A DNA stretch of 48,213 bases, from assembly GCF_000485595.1 (NCBI RefSeq), contig NW_014577086.1:502046-550258 (forward strand), given 5' to 3'. The notes beneath the pieces are model-generated. The model saw nothing but the letters and a program-made list of their open reading frames with translations, did not search any database and was not told the DNA's origin. A program made the translations under genes and the position numbers. Below, one piece after another: positions 38,451-48,213 of the stretch; position 1 is the first letter of the stretch, and every line of letters begins with the position of its first letter. This DNA comes from Priapulus caudatus. Lineage: Eukaryota.

Positions 38451-38605
38451 AAGGCCGGAGCTAGGAAGCTATCGGGAGGGGGGGGGGGCTGTTGCCCCTT
38501 CAATCTCTGGGAGCGACGACGACAATTTGCCCCCGATCAACTGTCCAAAACGCAAAGCGCCTGTGACTTTGCCCCGCCAGGCAAAGTGGGTTAGCTACGG
38601 CCCTT
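38451..38605. mobile_element. Possible short MITE (AGGCCGGAGCTA...TAGCTACGGCCCT)
   Basis: Imperfect ~13-bp terminal inverted repeat; the same right end TTAGCTACGGCCCT recurs at ~37642-37655; no clear TSD. Confidence 0.45.
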
Positions 38606-38652
38606 CACATTGACTCAAGATAACAACGTTATAATATTATATGTGAGCTTAC

Positions 38653-38775
38653 GCGACTGTCGTACTGACCTTGTCTCAAGCGATGGGTGTGTCCTTCGGC
38701 GTAACAATGTGTTAGTAGCTGCAACACGGCCCAGCAGAAAACCAGGCGAGAACGTTCAGGAAATATGTCCTCCAT
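38653..38775 (-). CDS. Candidate first coding exon (signal peptide) of the Kelch membrane protein
   Basis: MEDIFPERSRLVFCWAVLQLLTHCYAEG...YDSR ends at a strong donor |gtaagc (phase 0). It needs an intermediate phase 0-to-1 exon; a weak candidate is 37957-37993 (VDMKTVNPNADF). Confidence 0.4.
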
Positions 38776-38844
38776 GACACCTACTCCATTTGCAATGCTG
38801 CACAGGTGCGGCTGTATGTACATACAGAGATGCTCAATCAATCA

Positions 38845-38938
38845 AGCAGCAGCAGCAGCGGCAGCAGCGGCAGCATCAGCAGCGGCAGCGGCGGCGGCAG
38901 CAGCAGCAGCAGCGGCAGCAGCGGCAGCATCAGCAGCA
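38845..38938. repeat. Interrupted (CAG/CGG)n trinucleotide repeat
   Basis: About 31 triplets of GCA/GCG with two TCA interruptions. Confidence 0.95.
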
Positions 38939-39846
38939 GAACAATAAGAGCTTATAGCTGCTTGCTAGCAGCTGCGCGAGCTCCAGTATCGATCACCGTA
39001 AGCGAGTGTAATTGTCACTATTACAGTTATGCCTCGGGAAACCGGAGCGATGCGGAATATGTATCAGTTGATAAAGGGTTAGCTGTTGGTCACTGTCGAG
39101 CCTTCAGGCTATTAGTTAAGAAATCGGGTTAAGATCGCGGTTTAGCTACATCTGTAGGCTTGGGATCGCAAAATAACCATATTCCGCCATTGGTGGTGTG
39201 GTGTCCGCGCTACGTAGGGGCCTAATAGTAGGATTCTGTCCTACTATCGACCAGACGACGCGTCGCGCGCGCCCATCATATACTGTTTGCGGGGATATTT
39301 CATGTCAGGACCATTCTTGGTATGCGCAGGACCTAGTGCAAATGTTCCGCAGTGTAAATTAGTAGCAGCTTTAAATAGGACGCCACACAGGGGCACTATT
39401 AAATGCTGCTGTATGACGCGTTTACGGTATAGGATAACGAGACGTATAATATATATTACTACATTAATTTATATATCTAACAACGCCGTGAAAGTTCCGC
39501 TGCTTTTAAACTTTTGATGTAAGATATATGCAATCATTAGCTGTCAATGTAACACACAAAATGAATACATTATATATCCACCTGTAACTTATTTTTTTCA
39601 CAATAAACGAGTCGAAAATATTAGGAGCCATATAATTAGTGTAAAAATCAAGTTGACCCGCTAAAAACTCCCCGCAATGTAGGTTCTGTGTGATCACAGG
39701 AAACCCGCAACTGTGGCGTAGTGGGATGACTGCGAAAGTTTCCAAAAAGAGGTTTAGTCAAGCGAGAGAGTAGCTATAGGTTGTTTGAGTGACAATGTAT
39801 GTTACAAAGGCACGTTTTGATTTTGACGCAAGGGTTTTCGCGGATA

Positions 39847-40019
39847 CTGTATACGCCATATTTTTTCGCGTACAGATATTTTCGCGATTTCAGACTTGAC
39901 GGACAATTTCGCGGTCGGTGAATTATGAATTATTCGGTATGAACTATTCGCGTGTTGTTATTTTCGCGGTCGGGGAATTCGCGAAAATTAAAACACCGCA
40001 AAATATACAGCTTATACAG
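39847..40019. mobile_element. Tc1/mariner/pogo-type MITE with TA TSD
   Basis: ATACTGTATA (39844-39853) and TATACAGTAT (40013-40022) form a perfect inverted repeat; internal TTTTCGCG/CGCGAAAA subterminal motifs recur. Confidence 0.75.
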
Positions 40020-40989
40020 TATGTAGTCACACTATCGAGGCAGATTTTATATAAAACGAGATTGTTGTATATATTTTATGTATTTATTATATTTTTTCTG
40101 CTTGTATTGCAGGAGGTTTCCCCGTTATTTTGGCTGCTTGGTCAGAGTAATAAATGGACTAACGGCCCAACACTCGGAACACATCATAGCCTATATCTTA
40201 TTATTTTTACTTTACACGGAACTTTGATGTATCGGGACCACAATAGTGACAATACGGCAACTGTTAATTACCTATTAACAATAATAGACAACTTTAACTT
40301 AATATCGTGTTAATTCCGATTGAATAATCATAATAGACTAAAGGCATGATTCCTGGATTATGACTTACTTTTTATTATTAAACCATTTCATTGAATTAAA
40401 TTATTGATTGTTTTCATGTTTACACTGATTAAATTCTTTATCGAGTGCTTCGTTATCTATTGGTAACTGGGTACTATGTTAATAGTGGAAAATAATGAAA
40501 GTGTCAATGACACTGTAGCTCACCACAAAAAAGGACACAAATGAGCGAGTAAGAAGAAGTCAGTTTTAATTGAGCAACCATCGACGTACATTATAGAAAC
40601 GATTGCCATCTGTATATCGCAATAATAATTTATAAACCAAAATGAATCACAATTTGTGACCGTAGATGGCGCTATACCCGCTTTGTAGCGATGGCGTTTG
40701 AAATAAATATGTTATGCTGCGTTCCGACATGTTTTGTAAATCTTTACTCTAATATAGACGTTTTATTGGCAGGGTGGAGAGGAAATACCAATTTTGCATT
40801 AAAGATATTGTCAATGAAATCTTGTAAAACGAACCAAACGAGTGTGACACCACAGACTGTTTGTGTCTAAATAATAAGCTATATAATTGCCAAACACTAC
40901 CTAATTTGCATAAATTTTTTTTAAATATCAAAACCCCTAGCCCTTATTCATTCACAGACCAAAAATGAGCAAAATCCGTTGAACCTGAA

Positions 40990-41321
40990 CTGACTAATGC
41001 CAATTCCCATTTTTGCCAAAAAATTGCCGTGGCTCAAAAGTACATCGACTGGCGTGCTTCAAAATAGGACGTTTAATATGGGAGCATAGCAGTAACAACT
41101 ATACCCAATTTCAAACATGTGGGACAAACGGTTCATGAGTTATCGTTGACTGAAGCGAAATGTTGACGGACGGACGAACGGCCGGACGGACGGACGGACG
41201 TACGACGACCCATGGCAATAGCTCAGCTTGACGATGTCAAGGTGAGCTAACCGGACGGACGTATGACGTACGACGACCCATGGCAATAGCTCAGCTTGAC
41301 GATGTCAAGGTGAGCTAAAAA
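40990..41321 (+). mobile_element. Helentron/DINE-like non-autonomous element, 3' portion, with duplicated terminus
   Basis: (GACG)n microsatellite followed by hairpin AGCTCAGCTTGAC-GAT-GTCAAGGTGAGCT and AAAA. The 51-bp end occurs twice (41200-41250, 41268-41318). The left boundary is approximate. Confidence 0.65.
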
Positions 41322-42532
41322 TGTGGGAATATAATTCACGCATCATGCTGTATACTAGCAAGCAATATCAAGAGAATGACTAGCAACGAGAGCAAACTAT
41401 CCAGTGGAGTTATAAGGGAAATTGGGGCAGGTTATTTGAACACCAAACCAAATACATTTTTTCATTTAATACTTTTTTTATTTACAAAACTTTTACATCT
41501 TTGGTCAACAAAACGTGTCATAATATATATATTTAGCAATGCGTGAGACAGCACCTGTAGCAGCCTAGGAAAAATACAGAAGCAGGAAAATATGTCTTAC
41601 CGATGTACTTAAAAATTGCAATGTGACAACCTGCTGTTGATATGCGATCATGTTTCACAACTGTGCCCTCCTGAACGTTCATACTGCTAGTGAACCATTG
41701 CTCCACAACTTACTCGTGCCCCCCAACATGATTTCTCATCGAATACACTTAATTCTCGCGCTGCGGTCAGACGAATTTCCCCCCACCTCAAAGAATCCAC
41801 GACAACAGTAAAGACGATTACTCTGTACACGTGATGCCACTTTCACTCCCTCACCCAATCGCTCAAAACGACGGCAGTAGTCGTTACAAGGCACACCGAA
41901 ACCAAACATGCAAGCACCACCTAGGACAACAGCATCTTGTGTATATGTTACACACGCAGTTGCTTGCAATAAGGTACACCACTGGTCACGCGTACTTCTT
42001 ATACACACTTTACACAATGAGGGATTCACATCAGCAGCTGCACTTCATTCAAACGATATGCAAGGTGGTTGAAAATTATAACCTCTGTAGTGATATTTTG
42101 GGAGAACATGTAAGCTGACAGCAAGAGTTGGACGATATGCCTTAATTGCCTATAAGCTGTCACTCGGGATAGGCAAATAAAAAAGCCAGAAGTTGTCCCG
42201 TTCGCAAAGTAAGCCCAACTTCACATCTGTGATGCGCACACATAAACCGGTACTATGTGTAGAAGGCAGTCGGCTGGACGTATATCCCATTAACACAGAC
42301 ATGAGCGGGACGTTATCTCTACAATGGCAGCAAAGAATTACAACACCAATAACGACGATAATTGCTCCTGTGGAAGTACTCGATGACAAGCACTATTACT
42401 AATGCATTAATTTCGCCCACAGATAGCAAGCAGCTCGCTGTCCAGCCACGGTCGGGCAGGCAAACGTCCACTGCAGCCATTGTTTGGTCTGTCGGAGTTG
42501 CTTAGCGGCGCTAGTGGGCTCACCACACTACG

Positions 42533-45500
42533 TCACCACTCCGCGTCACCGACAGCTTTCTGAAAGACAAAGTCCCTGCCCTGAAGGTTCATGATGCCGT
42601 CCTTCAGATAGAACTTCCACTTGTTACGACTTCTTGTGATCTGCAATGACAGTCACGAATGGAAATTGAGAAAACGGTGGATTATTCTGCTAACGTGTAT
42701 TTCACTTTATTACAAGACCCTGGCCTGAATCATGCAAAAACTAAATGCAGCTTACATCCGCGCGCATAAGATGCAGCATATCCAATGGCATCATTCACCC
42801 ATAACAAACAATAGCAATCATTGTCAATTTGCATGTAACAAACACCAATATAACTGAAAATAATGTGGAAAACCTGGACATTGTTCTCCTTCAAGCTTAA
42901 TAGAGTGGTTTTCTCCACACAAAAATCCCACTATTTAATCGCAACCAATGTGTACATAGACATAGACACACAGGCAGACTGGGCTCACCTTATCATACTG
43001 ACAGACAACAACGTTGTCAGTGTCAAAGAGTTCGGATGGCTCCTCTTCGCTAACGTCATCCTCAGAGTTTAATGGGTCCTTAAGTAGTAAAACAACAATT
43101 AATACACAACTCCTGAAGGGGAGAAAGGAGCCAGCAGCAAAATGTGAAACAAAGTGATCGATAATAACAAAGTTTTATGCAGATTTTTCTAAATTTCTTA
43201 CTGATATTAGGCAATTAAAATTTGCATGAAGAATAAATAAACCAAAATTTAACTGGAACTAATGCTGTATTGCTATCCTTTAATGCTCACCTCTTCCTCT
43301 CCTTCAAATTCATTGTCATCGTTTTCTGCATCGTTATCATTGTCATCATCATCGTCGTCGTCATCAGCATCATCATCATCATCCTCATCACTGGTGTCAC
43401 CACTTCCATCGACTTGTAGTAGTAAATGGCCTTGAGCTTTCTGTTGCATAACACAAAGCAATCTTTATGAGTATACACTAGTACACATTGAATATACATC
43501 ACACATGCTATCTTGATACCTTAAAGATTATAATAGGTACAAATGCACCATTTTGATTATGCCAATTTGCATTCCTTCTAACATAATGTATGACTACACT
43601 GTATCTAGAACCACCTATTATGAAATAAGAGTGCATAGCTGCACATACCAGGTAATACCAGGTAATACATTTTAAGAACTGTAGTTTTTGCTAAGGTGGT
43701 GAATTTAGCTAAATCATTAGGTGGTAATATACACAAATAGTTGCTAACCTAAAGCAGGAACATTGTTAGCTTATTCAGAACTAAATTGAACCACGACTTC
43801 ACAGCATATGGCAGTACATTCTTGCAGTTATAAGTAACAAAGCATTTCTTGGCATTAAATTAGCACCTGTCATCAGGACAATATTAACAGACGGTTACCA
43901 GTGAGGACAAGAGTATACACAATTACTAACTTAACAGACAGTTAACAGACCACTGCTGTCAGCATAGGCACTATCTGCTTACTAGCTAAAGGAGCTAAAC
44001 TGTCGGTTGCAAAGCCAAACCAAAATAAAATACATGATAATATTTAATAAGATATGAGCCAATGAATGAATGATAATGATAAGATAAGGTAAAGAAAAAA
44101 TTTAATTCACGCACCTTTGCTAATGAACGTCTTGTTTTTACAGGTCTCGCCTTGCTCCTTGTGCCCTCTTGAGCCACACCAGGACACTTCCATTCAACTG
44201 TTGCCTCATCTGAGTTTATTTTTTCTTCACTGGGGCCATCTAGTTGTGGCAGGTTCCCAGACGTTTTCTGCAACATCGATCCAAGCATCAGAAAACAACT
44301 GCCGATTTCAGAAACATGCAATGTTGCAGCAATGAAAGCTTTTATGATTAAATTTGGCTTATGCATGATACATAGTGATTATTTTAGAATGAATGACAAA
44401 AGAGTAACCGGCATATGGAAATATGATTATTCTGCAGGCTAAATAACTAATAAACATTCGTGAAACATTATAGGGCAATTCAGATGGTAATCGGGTTGAA
44501 ATGACCATGCAGAAATAGCCCTGCACACTTAAATTGTCTACGTCACGAATCTCCTGAGAGTTATAGTTGTAACCTTACTTTTGTAATTTTTTTAACATCA
44601 AAAGTTAGGACTAACGTTAGTACGTTACTAAATATATATCCTCAAACTCTCACCTGATAAGAATGTTATTATGTTGGTTAAATTTTCAAAAATCTAGACA
44701 ATTTGAAATACTGTCAATAACTGCTGTCAACACTATTTACAGTCTAGAAGACTATTTACTGGCGTCTCTCGGTTGCTGTGGTCAGTGTCATCGTGATTTG
44801 TGTATAGTGCACAGAGTGGTGCCCAAACAGTTTCTGTTTTGATTTGTGTTAGCTATATAGAATATAGAATATAGGAAAAATAAATAATATATACATGTTC
44901 ATGTGTATTATGTTTGCAAAAATTATAAATAAAACTGCGAAATGCTATTTGTGTTTTTTTAATTTCTACCAACAAAATTTTTTGCGACATCCCCCTTCAC
45001 GCTAGATCAACTAAACGATAAACAATGGTGGGCAGTCCAGTTCAATTCAGTGCATCGGAAAGAAAACGAAGGAGAAAAAAGCAGAGAGAAGATTATATTA
45101 GAAACTCCAGCTTAAGTTTACAAGGCATTTCCATGGCTGCCACAATAATTTTGCCAATGCCTCGTTTACCGCAGATGTTCGCTATATCGGCTAGCTGCGT
45201 CTGGGCGCCACACAAGAGTTTCGAATTAAAGGAATAATATGTCCATTGATTATGCAATGTTGACGAATGATCGAGTAACTGGCACCTTGTGTAGTTAATA
45301 AGTACATTACCTTATAGCCAAATGCGTATTAGTTTGTCCAATATCACTGCTGGTTACTAAGCATGCTCGGCCGTACGCAATGCTATCATCAGTGATTTCG
45401 TAAACACGGACGCTCGTGATAAGGAACTTTTTGTCAGGGCTGTCCATGTGCGTCCGTGAATAGTACGTGTGTTTTACTCCATTTCCATGTTTAGTCCGTG

Positions 45501-46384
45501 GCCGTGGTTACACAGCTGACACCTCCATTTCATCTGGCGTCCAAAACATACGGGCCGCACAAATGTTTACCTCATCGGCGACTTATCGCTTGACTCCTGG
45601 ATGACATTTACAGCACGTAAATGAATATCAACAACCGATTTCGAGCCTTGCTTGTAATGTAACCAGCAGTGATATTGGACAAACTAATAAGCGTTAGGCT
45701 TTAAGGTTACGTACTTATTAACTACACAAGGTGCCAGTTACTCTAGCATACGTCAACATTGCATAATCAATGGACATATTATTCCTTTAATGGCGGTTGT
45801 GTTTGTGTCGAGCGTTTGGTTACATCAAATGCACCGGCAAATTAGGGAGTATAAAGAAGGTATATAAGCATGAAAAGTAAACAGAAACACTAATTGTATT
45901 TTCATACATATAATTTTGTATAAATAACACACAAATATACTACTTGCTGGTGCTAGAAATTCGTGACGTACACAGTTTAAAGAAATGTTAAAAGAAATTA
46001 CATAATATCAAAAATAGATAATCTATAGTTGACCTAATTTCAGTAATATACATCTCTGCACAACACGTAGTGCTTTGAATATAAGGTTTGAAGTAACCCA
46101 AGGTACAATGATGCATATTAAAAGACTGCTACAATGGCTACATTCATTTGTGACTACTCCTCAGATCAGATGAGTGTTCTGGGATAGGTGAGTACTCACC
46201 GTGACTGAGGGTGTCGTATTCTGTGCCTGGGTGGCAGCCGGCTGCGTTGAGAACTGGATGCCGGCATTTCGCAGTACTGCCTGCACAGCGAGCTGGGCCT
46301 GCTGAGCGCCACCTGGTGATTGCTGGGCAGCGGCCAGCTGCTGTGCTACGCTGACAGGGATCTGCAGGTAAGCGGTGCCGGCAT
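42533..46384 (-). CDS. GTF2A1: Transcription initiation factor IIA subunit 1 (TFIIA alpha/beta), 5'-partial
   Basis: Exons (minus strand): 46200-46384 (Q/A-rich); 44760-44852 (tentative); 44115-44267 (LPQLDG); 43291-43440 (LLLQVDGSGDTSDEDDDD acidic); 42989-43078 (DPLNSEDDVSEEEPSELFDTDNVVVCQYDK); 42533-42640 (ITRSRNKWKFYLKDGIMNLQGRDFVFQKAVGDAEW*). The last two match the conserved TFIIA beta C-terminus. AATAAA on the minus strand at 41477-41482. Confidence 0.93.
45230..45786. mobile_element. Non-autonomous DNA transposon with ~128-bp TIRs and TTAA TSD (Kolobok-like termini) in a TFIIA intron
   Basis: TTAA|AGGAATAATATGTCCATTGATTATGCAATGTTGACG...GGTTAC (45230-45357) is mirrored at 45659-45786, ending ATTATTCCT|TTAA. 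Confidence 0.9.
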
Positions 46385-47749
46385 CTGCAACAAAACGCGT
46401 GCGATTCAGCCATCGCCAGCACTTGCAAACAGAATTGCAGACAAGTCTTTTCCAGCATGTATAGCTGCAGGCAACAGAATAAAGCTTCAAAATTTACTCA
46501 GAGATGAGATCCCATTGGAAAAGATATCACAGACATGAGATTTGGCAGCAGACAGTTTACCGAGACCACAAAGCACTGTGCCAACTTTTTTCTTTGCCTC
46601 TACTATTCAGCCTATCTCTTACTGTTTGCTTCTGCCTACACTATTTTACCCCATACTCACTCTTTCTCTCTGCACCTACTGTTCCGAATTCTCTTAGGGA
46701 TTGGTTCCACCACCATTATTGTTCCCCAGTTATTCCTACCTGTAACCACCGTGTTTTCCAGCTACCTACATGTTCTTCTCTAACCTAAAGTTTATGTATA
46801 GCTTAACTATTCCTTTTGGTTCCTTACATTTTCGTTTATACCTTGTAATAGTATTCCACCTTGCCCAAACTGTTTCCCTCATACACTTACAATGTTTCTC
46901 TCTGCCCTGATTGTTCCTCTCTATACCCCTTGATGTTCTGCCTTGCTGTTGCTCCCTGTGTTACTGTTTTGTTCTGCCTCTCTTCGGTACTTCCCCACAT
47001 GATTCATCCCCATCAAAAGATTTCTACTGTAATGTTAAAGTTGTTCCTAAAAAGCTTCCCTTTTCCTGTCCCTCTATGATTTCTCTCCACACTTTACACT
47101 TTATCCCTGCCTCGCTTCTTCTGACCTGCATACTAAGCACTGGCACACGTGTAATATACATTTAGGTGTTTCAGGTGATTGCCTGACATGGTGACCACCT
47201 TTAAAATCTTTTTTGCTTGCACACACCTGCCTGCCGGTGTATGTACAGGTCTGCCTGCTTGTGACTGCAAACTTCTTTCTACATGCATTTGCCTGTCTAC
47301 AATCACCTGCTGCCTTCCAACTCCCTGCATTAGGTCCTACATCAAGCAACTGCCCACGTGCATTCGCATGCTCCGTGTGTTTGCCTGCCTGCATCTGCTT
47401 ACGACATACGTCTACCTGCATGTGTCAAAGCTCCATGCATCTATCTTTTCGCGTCTGCCCCATTCCATTCGATGCAAGATCTGTCTGCATCTACTTGCCT
47501 GCATATGCCTGCTGTAAGCATCTTGCTGCCTGTGCCATACGCTGCAAGTATATATAGCTGCGTACGTTCATGCACTGCAAACAGGTACATGCCTGTGTCC
47601 ACGCGATTCTACTTGCCATCCGAATGCGTCTACACACTATAAGCAGCCCTGTACGCATCCATCTGTCTGTATCCGTGCAGAGCATTCACCAGAGAATGCT
47701 CCAGCATTCACCTGCCTGAGACTGTTCACAGTAAACTATCACCTGCCTG

Positions 47750-48213
47750 TGTCTACATGCTGCTATCTGCAACCCACCTGTGCTACCTGCTACTTGCTAC
47801 CTGCTGCCTACCTTGTGCTGGCACGCTGATACCTGCTACCTGCTACCTACTGCCTACCTTGTGCTGGCACGCTGATGCCTGCTACCTGCTCTGCATCGAC
47901 ACGCTGCTACTTACGTGTGTCTGCATGCTGATATATATTACCTGCCTGCATATGCATGCTGCTACCTGCTACCTGTCTGTATGTGCATGCTGCTACCTGT
48001 CTGTATGTGCATGCTGCTACCTGTCTGTATGTGCATGCTGCTACCTGCTACCTGTCTGTATGTGCATGCTGCTACCTGTCTGTATGTGCATGCTGCTACC
48101 TGTCTGTATGTGCATGCTGCTACCTGCTACCTGTCTGTATGTGCATGCTGCTACCTGTCTGTATGAGCATGCTGCTACCTGCTACCTGTCTGTATGTGCA
48201 TGCTGCTACCTGT
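47750..48213. repeat. 24-bp minisatellite with 7-bp TGCTACC sub-repeat, running off the window end
   Basis: CTGTCTGTATGTGCATGCTGCTAC in tandem from ~47970, preceded by degenerate related CCTG/TGCTACC-rich sequence. Confidence 0.92.

Noticed and set aside
38765..39132. Poly-Ala and poly-Ser/Gly ORFs on the + strand
   Set aside because: Products of the triplet repeat; no supporting splice structure or domain.
46500..48213. Multiple Cys-rich ORFs and a search for the TFIIA N-terminal exon
   Set aside because: The ORFs derive from repeats; no conserved TFIIA alpha N-terminal peptide was seen, so it is probably outside the window.

Overview
Eukaryotic (metazoan, probably invertebrate) genomic DNA with spliceosomal introns. 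From left to right: (1) The 3' part of an axonemal outer-arm dynein heavy chain gene (DNAH5/DNAH8 family, + strand, 248-25059; stalk, AAA5, AAA6, C-terminus). It is interrupted by a 230-N gap and a ~12 kb block (3389-15462) that is an indel-riddled reverse-complement copy of the gene's own downstream region. That block also carries, on the minus strand, the two exons missing from the + strand gene, and it most likely reflects a mis-oriented noisy long read or haplotig. (2) A decayed Ty3/Gypsy LTR retrotransposon (- strand, ~25.8-31.06 kb) and a 179-bp tandem repeat. (3) An intronless RING/TRAF-zinc-finger E3 ligase gene (- strand). (4) A Kelch-propeller single-pass membrane protein gene (- strand) whose 3' splice site is hit by a 9-bp-TSD MITE containing telomere-type repeats. 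(5) The 3' part of a TFIIA alpha/beta (GTF2A1-like) gene (- strand) with two taspase-1-type cleavage motifs. Several MITEs, Helentron-like elements and satellites are also present. I found no convincing new multi-gene system.
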